Shown one piece after another: positions 26,805 to 41,582 of a stretch of DNA of 64,000 nucleotides (position 1 is the first letter of the stretch; the number at the start of each line of letters is the position of its first letter). Under the pieces are notes generated by a model that was not told the origin of the DNA, made no database searches, and saw nothing but the letters and a program-made list of their open reading frames with translations. The DNA is from Basidiobolus meristosporus CBS 931.73 (lineage: Eukaryota > Fungi > Basidiobolomycota), in NCBI GenBank assembly GCA_002104905.1, contig MCFE01000201.1:62001-126000 (forward strand), written 5' to 3'. The position numbers and the translations under genes were made by a program.

Positions 26805-27519
26805 ATGAATTACAAAGGTATCACTTTCATCTGCCTCCTAATAGCAGTGCAGTTCCTGGGCTACACACAAGCTCAAAGCCAAGATGCAGACAGATCAGAA
26901 TGGAGATGTGGCAATGGCAACGAATGTCCTGCCGGTAGTTGTTGCTCGGTCTGGGGATGGTAAGCATGATCACTGGAAGCAACTCCCATTGTTCACAGCA
27001 CCTGAATCTCACAAAAACCTCTTCGTTATCTGTAGGTGTGGTAGAAGCGAGACACATTGTACAGTCGAATGCAAATCACAGTGCAAAAACAATGTTGGTG
27101 GACTATCACCTAGTGCTACCTCGGACATGACTCAAGGTGAACAGAAGGCCACTTTCTCCAGCAGCTCTCCCACTGGAAGCAGCCAGGTAAGTGACTCGGC
27201 AAAGGAAACCGATGTGTCAAGTATGAGCTCTGGCATGACAACCCCTGCCTCAGCTAATACTGCAAGCCCTACTGGCAGCCTTACTGGCAGCCCATCTGGC
27301 AGCCCATCTGCAAAGGCTACCAGCCTCACCAACTCCGGAATGAAGACTACCAATGCCCCAACAACCACCACCCCGTCAGTTTCTGGTAGTACCAACAAGC
27401 CAGGAGCAAGCACTGTCTCTACCTCAAGCGCGGTCAGTATTCTGACCAGCCCATACGAATACCAGGTACTCGTTATCTCGGCCATTCTATGCGCCCTTTC
27501 CAGTAGATACACCATGTAG
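26805..27519 (+). CDS. Secreted hevein/CBM18 chitin-binding, Ser/Thr-rich, probably GPI-anchored protein
   Basis: ATG 26805, signal peptide; CGNGNECPAGSCCSVWGW, intron 26960-27035, then CGRSETHCTVECKSQC; S/T stalk; hydrophobic tail. The N-terminus is missing from the ORF track. Confidence 0.85.
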
Positions 27520-29469
27520 ATTGATTCATAGAAAGGCCTTGAGCTCCTGTGGCTCAATATTATTCCCCCCGGAGGCATCGCGCATCCGTCGATTATGAAT
27601 AGCGTTTATCTCTTCTTTTTATATCCAGAGTATAGCCAATCTGAATTTAGGAAACCTACATATTGATAAAGGAAAATTTGTGAAAAATAAGTCACATTGT
27701 TGCAACCAAGACAACCAGCATACTGCCGAGAAATCCTAAGCCATCCTGAATGATATTGATTTCAACACTGATTGATCCCCCATAATGTTGAACGATCTGG
27801 TTGGAGGATGCCTATGAATATTGGCAAGCGCTTGATACTATACAACTCTGCTGGGTGAGTTCCACACGTTCATCGGCTGCAGGTCGCCTATCCAGGATGT
27901 TGTTTGCTCACACTCGATGGACAAATGCAGTGGGCAGCCGAGGAACTTTCGGCCGGAGAAAGCGTGGAAGCCCCACGATGTTAGCATGTTCAGCTATCAC
28001 AAAACTTCAGGTTGGTGGGTGGAGGATATAGCGTCGCTTCAATAGGCTGGGACAAACGGCGATCGAGTATGTCGCCAGACTGGCCCTGTGTCTATCTGAT
28101 GTATACCCGCCGGCCGTAAACCTGGCAACTGGTCCCGATTACAGGTCGCATTGCTGGTGTAGCGCATGGGGCTATGCTTTTGCACGTAGATGAAGCTACT
28201 TTGACTCCGTTGTAATACCCTACTTCAGCCCAATGGGACTGAGCCACTTTACGCTATCTGGGAGACATCTCGTCTCCTGGCTTTAATCGCTGCTGTGATC
28301 ATGCTAGATAAGATCTTCAGCGACTCGCCTAGCCTGGCCAATAAGCATACCGTTTCTACTCACTCAATTTGTTTCATCTAGAGTACCCAGCATGACCAGT
28401 GGAAGACGTGGAGAGTATGCCACTTGACTACTCACCGGGCCAATCTCTGCACCCTCTTGCCTGCTGGGGTAGGCGATCTCGATAATGGAATAGTAACATT
28501 ATTGACTGCGGGACGTTTGACGAAGCAATGGTCCATCTGAGGATCAGCAATGATTGGCTGGTGGGTGTCTTCGTGGATCCCATTTTAAATGGATTGATTA
28601 ATCAGGATGACACATTGCGGAATGAGTGCCGTTCAGATGCAAATACCTGGTATATGTTGATGATTGTGCGCCCAGATTCGTTTGGAATTTACACCAATTT
28701 GAAAGGTCAGCATCAGTTGTGCTGGGATTGCTTGCAGCTGCATCCGGATGGCTCAATCCTTTCAATTTGCTCACCACCAAAGTTGGATTTAACTCCAGCG
28801 AATATCCCTGAAGCTCGCGAATCACCATTGGCCTCCTTATTCGTTCACTCTCAGTTTAAGATTGGGATTCAGGATCTAAGGTGACTGAGCTGTTGAATCT
28901 TTTGGTTCGTTGATACCGTGTGGGTTTGGTGGTTCAACAGCGGATTATTGGACTGCAATTTTCAGAAACGCGTCACTTGACGAATCACCTGATGAGAAAT
29001 GCATTCTGCTTATCTTCCCATTATTCAGTCCCTATCCTCTGATTACAGCTCAGTTTTCGTTATTTAGACGTTGTCTTAAGGGTATCAACAACTCTTCAGG
29101 AATAAACACTCGCAAGGCTTCTCGAACTTGCATGGCTCAGCCCAGTCTCAATATCCTTGTATTTCCAACTCTATAACTATAAGCATCGTTCTCTGTCTCC
29201 TTCGATTCCACCCCTGTTCTTCATAACCTTTGTCGTAAGCTTATTTTGCAGGAACTTCCTTGATTGAAAAGCTCCCTGTACTCTAAACAACAGCCAATTT
29301 CCGGGTTCTCTTTACCCCCTACTTGACTACTTGGTCTCCCCTTTGGCTACCTTCACACCAGATATAGCTGAGTCATCAGAGCTGCAGGTGTGAATCCCTC
29401 CACTCTCCTTGTCCAACAAACCTCGTCTCCACCACATCGTATCTTTCTTTTCCGTCACTTCAGCTCTCT

Positions 29470-30750
29470 ATGTCAGGACGCCCTAATTCTCACGAAATGC
29501 CAGGAAATAGTTACACCAACAAACGTGAGCGCTTTACAAATGAGCTAGATTTGGAGGAATTCGCTCAAGAATGGTCCAGCGGTTGTGCTACTCCAGTTAG
29601 CATCACTAGTATGTTCGTTCCTATGCTTTGGGAGGTTCTATAACGCTAATCTTACATGTATATCAGATTCATGGGTTCAGATATCCAGTCGAGAGATGTC
29701 TTCAGCCTCTGAGGGCGAAGAAGAAGAAATCGAGGAGGAAGTTGAAGATAACCAAAACCGCCGTCGAATCCATATCGGACTCGAAGAGACTCTTCTAAAG
29801 GCTAGGTACGTGTTTATCCTGATAGGAATATGATTCTAGAGTGTTATCTGATTTTACGTTCTCTCTCTAGTCTACACTCGCTACTCGCCACAACCTCCAC
29901 CCCCCGTGTTCAGAAGAAATCCAAAAAACGCCGCAATCATGGCACACCTCTGTCTACCTCAGTTGCAACCTCTCTTCCACAAAGTTCACATATCACCGGC
30001 TCCCCTCCTCTCCGGCCCCTACCCTCTAGCCACCCGCACTCACCCCCAACTGGACGGATACACAATATGCTGTTAAACAATGAATCGGATGCTTTCAGAC
30101 ATCCCATCGAGCGAACGGCGAGCAGAACATCTCTTTGCATGGACGAGAATATACCTCAGGCGGTGCTACTTGATGAGCGTGAATTCGAGGAAGCGATTTC
30201 ATACAACATCATTGACTCTGGGCATACGCATCGCCCGATGGAAAGAGACTCTGGATTACCGCGTGTTCAAATCACCAAGCCTGGATCTCCGCCCGCGCTG
30301 TCGTTGAATTGGAACCGAGCCAGATCTCTAACCCCACCGCCGTTGTCAGTCGACACAATCCCCTCCACCGGCTCGATAGATAGCAATGCCGAGAGGCCTT
30401 TGCGACGAAGAAGGCGGGAGATCTCTCCGCCCAAGCACAAATCCAAAAACCGACAAAGCGGGAAGAAGCAAGCGGAAGAAAAGGCGGAGTATAAGCACAA
30501 AAGGTACGTCGAGTTAGCATCGCACACTACAGGGGCAGCGATAACTGAATCTCTGCTAGGAACGACGAGATCACAATACAGCTGTGGATGGCCGCATTGG
30601 TTTCGGTCGCATTGTTCGGGACTGGATTCTCCATTGGATTTGGAACAGGGTGCGTACATTCGCCGTTCTCTAACCAACTCTGAATGCTAACCCGCGAGAT
30701 TTCATTCTAGATACTATATGCGCTATACCCGGTTCTATGCTACTTCATGA
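29470..30750 (+). CDS. Tail-anchored protein with N-terminal LIR/AIM-like SWVQI motif (4 introns)
   Basis: GT-AG introns give a continuous frame ending LWMAALVSVALFGTGFSIGFGTGYYMRYTRFYATS*. Confidence 0.7.
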
Positions 30751-31257
30751 CAATTTGGTCAGGAAACGGCATGCGTCAAAGTCTTGCGCAACACCATCTT
30801 TACGAAATCAGTCATACCAACTCTGCACAAGAAATAGGCATTGGAAATGTAGTTTTGCTCACAAACCCCCATGCGTCTACGTGGGGGAAGCGAACCCACC
30901 CTGTAGTTTATCTTGAACTTGACCAATATTTTATGTTTACGCCCTGTATGTTTAGTTTCTCCTCATTGCACTTTTGTTTATCTTGTCTCGACTGGCTTCT
31001 CTCCAAGTGTGCCTTGGCCATTAGCGAGATTTCTACACGGCCAACGAGGAACATCGCCCTTTGGGGCTACGTGATTATCGGGATTTTTCCATTTATTTGC
31101 TTGTAAACTTGTCTATTTCTCATGTTCCATTGATCTGCACATATTGGCGATCTATGATGGAAAACATTAAATCCACTCTAAAACTATCGAATTCCAAAAT
31201 TAACCATCTCCATCTCCGTCCCCCGTTGGCTTCCGGGATTTCCCCCAGCGGATATTA

Positions 31258-32147
31258 TTATTTGTACATTGGGACACTCTGGCTTCGCGAATGAGCCCAT
31301 TTGGGTTGTCCATGTAGCTTACAGTGCTTCAACCGGCTTTTCAGGCGGCGTTTCCTTGCCGACCATCCAGTTGGGATCCACTTTGGACACTTTGGAAGCC
31401 GCAGCAGCCATAAGCTGGTCAAAGGCAGGCGTCCCCTCCTATTCGCATGAGTCAATAAAAACAGCAAGCAATAAACACGAACAGAAATCATCCCACCTTG
31501 ATCCCTACGGCAGTAACTCGAGTGACTCCCAAAGCCAAAGCAAGCGCTTGCTCAGCGTTTTTGCCCAGAGGGAAGATCACGACACCAGCTTGCGCAGCAA
31601 GCATCAACAGATGGTTCACCAATATTGAGGGGTGTACATCGGCTTTGCAAACAAACACCATTCTGAGCCCGGCCCTAGCTTGGACAATGTCCTGGGTATT
31701 GGAGGGGCTCAGGGATTTGAGGGCGTACTCCAAACACTTGGTCACCTCCCTTAGGCCGAACACAATACCATCTATCTGCTTGGGTTTGGCGTTGGGTCTA
31801 GGCGTCACGGGGGCTTCGGGCACGAACTTTCGCTTGGAGGCTTTTGGCGTGCAACTGCCAGCGTTCTTCTCTGGTAATGGTTTGGAGTTGGCGACAAGCT
31901 GAGCCCGGCGAAACTCCCCTACCGGTGAGAATAAAGCTAGCGCCATCTCCAGTATCTCGGCCTGCTCCTGAGCCGGTACGAACGGCCAGCGTATATCAAA
32001 GGGAGAATCTAGCGAGCCTTTGAACGCGGTCCGTTTTCTTTTGTTAACGTTTCTTATGGCGCTGTTGGCGTGCGCGATAGACGGGGTATTCATCCCTCCA
32101 GAGCCCCGTGGAGTCTGAAAGTGAGAGCTCTTGGGAGTAGAACTCAT
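31258..32147 (-). CDS. L7Ae-fold RNase P/MRP subunit (Pop3/RPP38-like); 3' end approximate
   Basis: WPFVP..ILE; IVFGLREVTKCLE; MVFVCKADVHPSILVNHL; AEQALALALGVTRVTAVGIK. Confidence 0.75.
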
Positions 32148-34393
32148 ACGGTTTTGCCAAAATAAAAGACAGAAAACATAATACAGAATAAGGAATATAT
32201 GTACTCTTAAGGTTGCTCCACTTTTTTTCATCTCCATCGGTGTTGCCCGATTTACATTGGAAATTCGCTTATCCAAACGCAACACGACCATACCTCGGTT
32301 ATATCTTGATTAAATTGATGGAACGCTTGGCACCCATTGGCCAATACAGGATACGCTTCAGGCCTTGGGGATGAAGCGCATTCCAAAAGACTCAGTGGAA
32401 CGTCGAGTATGGGTATCTTTGGCAACTCCCATCTTACATTCGTGCAGCGGCTTCTATTGAGTGGTATTCCCAGCAAGCTCGTCGATATGTAATTCATTGC
32501 TTTCTCCACCCCTAGATTCCCCTCATTTGGTGAAATTGTACTATTTGATTTGATATACCCTCTCTGCATAGTGCATTGGTAGTTTACAACAGATTAATTC
32601 CGTACGGCGAAGTCGCATCATGTAAATACGCTCAATTACCACCACGCTATCCCCGTGACCCCGGATATGCCCATGACGCCTGGCCTCCAATAGTTACTCT
32701 TGCTCCCAATCACTGGCTTTACATCGAATGCACTGGGATGGAAGTACTTATGCTTTACATTCGTCCAAGGGGTTCGATTGTTATGTGAATCCGGTAGCTT
32801 GCGATTGCTATGCAACGGCCATTGGCGCCGTCAATTAAGATGGGCCAAAGTACTATCCCGAAAGGAATCTGAAGAGATAAACAATCGTATGGGTGGATGT
32901 GCAAATTCTAAGCCATATACTTTACTTCACATGAAAAGCTCTTCGATACTCAACCGACGTAAAGGCGCCCAGTAAAGCTTCAGATCCGGAGCAGTTCATT
33001 CGTGCCGCTCTCCCTTGTAGCGCAACCCTAGACATGTCATGTTCTCTCGTTCCTCACCAACCAAGAGGCTGATTTGACTTCTGTTGCACCAACACACTGG
33101 AGAACTGGCCTCAGAAATCGTAGATGTAATATTGAAGGGCCCAAATTAGCAAGATTGTCTATCATACCTGCCCTAAGCTAGTGTAGACAAAGTGTGCGTC
33201 CTCTGACCACCAGTTAATCTTGGGCCATTTATTCTGTGAGATTGTGGCACAGCCTATCAATGTTATACCGAATTTGATGGGGTTAGCCTCCTCTCGTGCT
33301 ACACTGGGCCCCCGTCGGATTGCCACAAGAGATATATATATCTGGCGATGCGGCCACCACATGGATTGTAAATCAGATCTATCTACCACTCTATCCTCGT
33401 CAACCGTCACCGTACATCATTACCGGAAGCACTTGGTTTACATGGCGTTTAATAACTCGACGAGGAACGCTCAAGGTGATGGCGAGGGAAGGAGGGCGAG
33501 CCTAAGTTGCGGTCCACTAGTTTCGCACCGACTGTTAACTCAGCTTGTTTTATCAAAGGCTCAGAATCAACAAACTCCCGTCGTAATTAGGCCAGACGAG
33601 TGCTCAAGATATCGGATATTAACAGATGTGAAACGAGTGGTGATGTGATGTTATCTGTGCAGTAATGCTGTGCTTCGGGAGGCTTTGGGCCCATTCGTAG
33701 AATACCGAAGTTTCCGGTAACAAGGAAGCAAATTGTTCGGTGATAAGACGCATGGCAGAGATTAGGTACAATAATATGCACGAAGAAGTTTGAAGCCTCT
33801 CAACCACAGCATTACGAGTGTGCTGGATGTGAGATCACAACAGCCGAACTGAATAGGAGCCTCATTCATCCCCTTTCGGAGTCGCTGATATCGTCACAAC
33901 TGAATGAACGTGGGTGATTCGTGCAGGTTAGGAGAAATACGGAGAAGCGGCATTCTTCATATGTCCGCTTGAGGCCCATCATCCCACCAAGGACTGGCAA
34001 GCCAGTAATCTCTCCACGTGGGCTCTTCAGCGCTTTCTCTTCATTCGGTGTTTTGTTGCTCCCTCCCAGGATCCGACATGCTGATCACCACACATGGCCT
34101 GGAATCCAATGCTGATTTGTCCAATGTGGGATTACGGGGAAGCAGTGAGTAGGAGTAACTGAAACAAACAGGTATATTCTCGACAAGATAGGAATGGCAC
34201 GCTTGACACGATTTGACGAAATTTCCAGTTATTTGATGCCACCCTTGGCCGTACATGTGGGTTATAAGCAATCCGCATCGCAGGCTGCTCTTCTTCGAAA
34301 CGGTGTCCCAAGACTTAGCGCCACTTTCCTCAGCAGAGCATGATAGAGTGTTGAATCCATTCTTGCCACTCCGATCTTTGAACAAGTGCATTT

Positions 34394-35622
34394 ATGCTAC
34401 GAAGCTTAGTAAAATTCATATTTTCTAAACTGGCCACCGGATCAGATGATCTCAATTCGAAGGACTCCTATATGCTGAGGTGTCTGTTTTCCGCGATAAA
34501 GTCTGGAGCATGTTACCCAGCTCCACCCATTGAAGACACTCCAAGGAAGCAACCTTTAGACATCAGGTTAACCTCTAACCTGCTAACGTTATATGGACGG
34601 CCAGAGGATTCAGCAGGCGTAGTTCTTCGAGGCACGGTGTTTGTGAACCGTAGAAGGCCTTTCAATGTCAAATCCATCACGGTGATTTTCAAGGGGACGT
34701 TCAGCATCCATTCACCAATAGGTTAGTATGCCCCAGCTATAGTTGAGTGTTCATATAGTAATATCGAATAACTATAGACCAAATCTGCCGAGAGAAGACC
34801 ATCATTGAGAGCCACACAAGCATACTAACCACTTCGGTTGACGCTCAAATCTTGGACGCCCAGAGTCAGTTTGACTTCGAATTACCACTAAACGGGGATT
34901 TACCATCCTCCATTCACACCAAGATAGTGAACATCCGATACCAAGTGATAGGAGTAATTGAACGTCCATTCCTCTTCAAGAACATTGTTGCCCACTCCCC
35001 AGTTTCCATTCAGCGCTCCACTGTCTTGGAAAATTTCGAAGTCGACGCATCCACCTCGTTCTCTGGAGTGTGGGCTTCACGGCTGTGCTACGATGTATTT
35101 ACTACCGATTTAACCTTTGTGATTGGAGATCCAATCCAACTGTCCTTTAAACTCTTTGCCTTAAAGAAGTGCTTAAACCTGCATTATGTTCAGCTGGTAT
35201 TGGAGGAGAAAATCCTTTACCAGGAAGAAGAGCTGCTGTTCCCTACGCCCTTGAAGAAAACAGTGGCGTGGACAACTGTAGATTGCCCAGACCCTCGTAC
35301 ACAATGCTGGGAGGAAACCGTCTCTCTGACGGTTCCCAATGATGCTCATGAAGACTGTGAGTCAGCAATTTTAGACATCTCTCACAAGTTGATTGTGAGC
35401 TTTGCTGTCAGTGGGTCTGATGTGGGGAAAAACATTATATATGGGCAAATCCCCATTAAACTCATGTCCTCTACCCAGGCTGAGGCCTCAACCCCTTTAC
35501 CGCTTTACGAGCCACTGCCGCACTTTTTGCAGACAAATACCTTACAACAATCAATCATGAACATGGGTTTACCAAGCTATGATTACCAACCACCGCCCAA
35601 ATATACCACGTCTGTAGCCTGA
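34394..35622 (+). CDS. Alpha-arrestin (ART-like), 1 intron
   Basis: LRGTVFV..VKSITVIFKG; FDFELPLNGDLPSSI..IRYQVIGVIERP; ISHKLIVSF; C-terminal PY motifs LPLY, LPSY, PPKY. Confidence 0.88.
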
Positions 35623-35843
35623 ATCCCTAGAACTCATGCACAGTTGAATGTTGGACGTAAAATACTTTCTATGTTGTAGCACGTAGCCGTTAAAACCATA
35701 CTTTAATTACATTGTATATTCTGCACAATATCGTACTGTACTTACTACTCCTACAATCGCTCACTTGCATAATCTGAATAAACTTCACTGTTGCAGCTGT
35801 AACACTTCAGACCAAGTAAGAGCTGTGTCCGTCTACCACTTGT

Positions 35844-37123
35844 TCAGAGGGTGAGAAACCTCCCATCCATTTCATATATAATTCCATTCACGGAGAGCTA
35901 AAGGGATTTGAGGTATTATATGCCGTTAGCTGGCTGTGCAACTTGGGACACAAATCGTCAAAACTATTTACATTATTGACTGCAACTTGGAGTCGGGATT
36001 TATCGAACAAAACAAACTCATGAATCAGTTGGTCCATAGTTCTGCCATTGCCATTCGCCTTGCGAATGAAAGCCTCAATCTCACTCTCCACAGAATCTAT
36101 TGGAATACGGTCAGGTTTGGCAAGGATGATGACCAAATGAACGGAGATTTACCACCCAATCCAATGGTTTCAACACTGAACTCATCCATGTCTTCACCTT
36201 CGTCTTCGTACTGACTAGAACCCAACAATTTGAAAGGTGACACCTTCGGTTCGTCTATAGGGTTTTCTTGTGACATTCTAACCGGAGTTTGCATCTCATG
36301 CGTCGTTGAATGAATTTTTTGAGGTGACAGAGAATAACGGCCTTCACCGGCTCTGCGAATTGGTGAAGGGGGAAACTTTCCGGCGAAGTAGTTGTCCCGA
36401 TACAATTTTACCAGTTCCAAAGAGCGTAAAACTTCATATACGGGGTCTTCCTGTATTTCCCAACTTCATATCACTTAGTATATGAGGAATCCAGAGAACA
36501 ACCGTAAAAGGTAAAGTTACCCAGTACAATCTATCCACCGCCCCCACTCTCCCTCTGGAAGCTCTGAGGTGGATAATCCTTGCTCGGTGAAGTAGCTACC
36601 TAAGTCTTGTGACTTCAGTAACCCAATCACCTCCAACTGATCGCCCAGTACGAGATTTCTTACACGTTGCAAAGGGAAGCTTTCGGAGTTGTTGAGTAGA
36701 AGTGGTATAATCCCAGTGCCATCGTCTTGAAAAACAGAAATGAATTGATATGCTGGAAACTGCGCTAGGGGAGGACAAGCATACCCAAAAAGCACAAAGT
36801 TTTGATAGCTCCAGATTGTTGCGCTTCTGGGACAGAATTCCTGGGACTTTGGCTGGCATCAACGTGACTCTGAAGGACTAGTATACCCGTAAACCTTAAT
36901 TGAGTATCTTATTAACACGAAAGGCAACTTTGTCTGGTAAACTCGACAGGAAACCGCTGAATGCTCACCTAACCTTATCAAACCCAAATTTAGGGAAGCC
37001 AGTGTAGAAGAGTTTCTCACCCAAACTGTATTTCGCCGATAATAAATCTTGTGCGAAGAGTATTCGATGGATACGGTGGTCTGTCTTACTCTGCTGTGAC
37101 TTGGTTCTCTTGGGTTTAAACAT
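35844..37123 (-). CDS. STN1: OB-fold + winged-helix protein, Stn1-like (CST complex); exon structure partly uncertain
   Basis: RFTGILV..LDDGTGIIPL..LGDQLEVIG (OB fold); EDPVYEVLRSLELVKLYR resembles the Stn1 post-OB helix; inferred C-terminal LSVNGIIYE winged-helix motif. Confidence 0.6.
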
Positions 37124-37393
37124 AGTCTTGCGTATACTACCGATTCATCAGACAATATATAACGAACTCATATGCTGAATATATGCATCAGAATCTCTTC
37201 CAATCAGATACCCTGTTATGGGGAGAGCAAATTCAGCCCGACGATTGCGGAAGAGTGAATCCCTGTTTAGTGTGTGGTAACTCTACAATTTATTGGGTGC
37301 ATGGGGTATTCTACATTTCCGGAGATCATGTCAATGGCTCCTATCAAAAAGGTGAATTGCAAGTCACTCTAGGGTATAATGCTAACATCGTGC

Positions 37394-38302
37394 TTAAAGT
37401 TCCCAGACACTGCCAACATCAGAATGAAGGTCTTCGTGAGGTTGCCACTTAACAATTGCCTCAAGAACTGCGCGACCGCCCTTCATTTCCAAAGCAGGTA
37501 CGATGCTATGATCGATAAACTCATTGGAGGCACGATCAGCAAATACCATCATGGTGGAACCAACGCTGATACTCTTTTTGGCGGTCTTTTGGGCGAGTGG
37601 GGCGGTGGTGGAGCAATTGGCCAAATGGTAAAGAATGAAGTTCTCCATTTCAAGTGAGACTGCGTTGGGAAGCTCCTTATCAATTCTATCGAAGAGATCC
37701 TCATTGTGATCCACAAAATTCTCATCAATACGACCTTGTGAGGAATAGAAGGAATCAGCGTTGATGTTCAGTCCTTTGTGGACCTTCTCCTCGCCAAATA
37801 CAGTGGTTAGCTCATTTTCAAGAAGTGCAACCACATCCGAGTCAGCGGGGGCAGGCTTAGTGATCATGTAAGGTAGCAGGCCCTCATTATCAGGCAGGAA
37901 GTAGTCGTAGTTTCTGAAAATGCCGACTGCGCTATCAGGGACAATAAAGTTGCCTACATGGGCACCCTTGAGGGAGCCACATGAGCCAAAGCGGATCATA
38001 CACATTGGACCGTCAACGACTGCTCTAACTTCACGAACGAAGAAATCGACCAAAGCATTGCCCATACCGATGGCAATCACGGTAACCGGGACTCCCTTGT
38101 AGCGACCGGTGGCTGTGTAAAAGTTGCGATGGGAGGTGTACTCGAAGACTGGGGGGACGGGGTCAAAGAGCTTAGCCATGCGTTTGGCGCGGGCGTGGTC
38201 GCCAACTGTGATAACTCTGTTGGCACACTCACCACGCTTCAACTCGACGTGGTAAGTTCGACCATCGGAGGTCATAGGGAAGTTGGCGTTAGAGAAGACC
38301 AT
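37394..38302 (-). CDS. Uridine/purine nucleoside phosphorylase (PNP_UDP_1), intronless, 302 aa
   Basis: RVITVGDHARA, GRYKGVPVTVIAIGMG, IRFGSCG, ADSFYSSQGR, LEME. Confidence 0.9.
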   Translation of the reverse strand: MVFSNANFPMTSDGRTYHVELKRGECANRVITVGDHARAKRMAKLFDPVPPVFEYTSHRNFYTATGRYKGVPVTVIAIGMGNALVDFFVREVRAVVDGPMCMIRFGSCGSLKGAHVGNFIVPDSAVGIFRNYDYFLPDNEGLLPYMITKPAPADSDVVALLENELTTVFGEEKVHKGLNINADSFYSSQGRIDENFVDHNEDLFDRIDKELPNAVSLEMENFILYHLANCSTTAPLAQKTAKKSISVGSTMMVFADRASNEFIDHSIVPALEMKGGRAVLEAIVKWQPHEDLHSDVGSVWEL

Positions 38303-40276
38303 TGCTGAGGTATAGAAACTAGGTTGAGAGTATCCAATGAATAAGAAGTGCTTTTTATAACTTGAATGATAAATTTGAATGGCAGGGAATGACTGAAGGA
38401 GATTTTTAAACTCAGGGGTTGGAATGAATTTATTATACCGTTAAGTAAATTCCTAATCACAATGATTCCTAATCTGGCTCCACAGGCTCACCAATCATTC
38501 GTTGTGAATTCAGAGCTTTCTGGAACTCTAGGGAAGTGTCTGAAATACCACTCTCAAATTCTAGAGAAACATGCCTTTTATGGTGCGTCAAGAAACAATT
38601 CTAAACAGAAAGTTGGATGAGCCCATCAAATGTGTAGGAGTGAGTACGACACTGGTTTAATTGGAAGCGACTTGGTCCCCAATTTGGTATATGATTTATT
38701 TCACAAGAGTCGGGTCTAAGAAAGAGCAGTGATACTTACCCAAGGACGAATTAATGACCGTCGGGATTCTGCGAAACAGGAAATTTGCGATTGAGCTCGA
38801 ATCTTCATTTGCCACATATGCAATGAAGGCAGAAGCAATTAAGGCCGTCTAGACATTTTTGAGCTACTCACTCATGTGAAAGCCCTTGGTTCATGCTGTT
38901 GTTGGCTACTTCCTCGGACTGAAGATGTGGGACCTCGCCACATGGTTTGCTGATTTGTCTTCCAATGAACTGGGGCCGGATTATGACTTGGTGGATTTTC
39001 CCGATTCATCATGGTGGCTGCATATGCATACGAGCATAACGTTAATAAATGCAATCGGCCCTGAACATACACTAGACCCCACATAAGGAACAAATCTTCC
39101 AAAAGCTCCTGGTAGCCCGAATCCATCGGTTTTGAAATCCAGTCTACTTGACAAACCTATTTATCATCGTACTGCCTGAATCATATTTCGGTATCTGTTA
39201 TGGATCGTGGTATTCAGTAACACAATCCCACTTTCTGCGCCAGATATACAGTCTGGATATTCAGTAATGTCGATCGTACCAACCTTGCATTTTTGGGGCT
39301 CAGTCAAACTGACATAGGTAGCAAGGATGCAGTGGAATGTTGCATTTCAAACTGTACCAGCATCGTGTACATTTTGAATATGTTTGTAGTACAAAGCGCT
39401 GAGCTGAAGTCATCCAATGCCGTAAGAATTCGTGACTAGAAAAGCCGGTGGACCTGCTGTCGTAGACCTAGTCCACTGATTAGTCTATAGGGTTTCCATA
39501 TTAGTATTTTACGTCACCCTCAAGAATATCCTCAAATCGCACTCCTGCCATCAGGTTTAATTAATCTTTAGTAGTGTGAGAATATCTGGCTAGTTCTGGT
39601 AACAGTGGCAGCTACTGTTCCTCATCGAGTTTCTTGGCTGTAATATTTCCAGTATCTGCAGCAAGTTCATTGAACTAATGGCGTACGTACTTCGTAGTTT
39701 ATTAACACGCTGATTACTCAATTGAGGAGTGATGCCAAATATTGATCGGGTATTCATAACGCGAATATAGTCTATAGATAGTAGCAACGTTCCTAATTTT
39801 TACCATTTCCAATAGTGTTACAAACTTGGGTAAATGTATGGATACTGTGGCGCATTAGGCCAATCCTATCTCGTAACTTGACCCCTTGAAGACAGACAAT
39901 CCTTCAGCAGAGGTGAACAGGTTTTCATAGAATCCTCTGATAAATGTTAGAAATCCTTTGGAGTTATGACGAGTGCTTGACCAATATTCATCGGATTTAT
40001 TATATTATTCGTTGTTTACAAAAACATGATTGCATGAAAAGGTTTATCTGAGTGTTTTACGGCCTGGAATTCGGCTGCTTACTTCTGTCGCCCAACTGGC
40101 CAAGCTCACCATGCGTAGCATGCTATGATACTTTGCGTTCAAATACATTTTCGCGTTACGTGAAGTCAACGGTTCACCATCCTCTTTCTTCCAAAATCAA
40201 AGAGCTGAACTCTCTTTCTATATAAGCTGATACGAGGAGATTATAATCCATAGAGTCGCAAGGACATATGATACGT

Positions 40277-41582
<1,306 letters not shown>

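Noticed and set aside
27132-27578. Antisense and overlapping ORFs in the track (this one and many similar)
   Set aside because: Shadows of real genes on the opposite strand or frame, with no motifs
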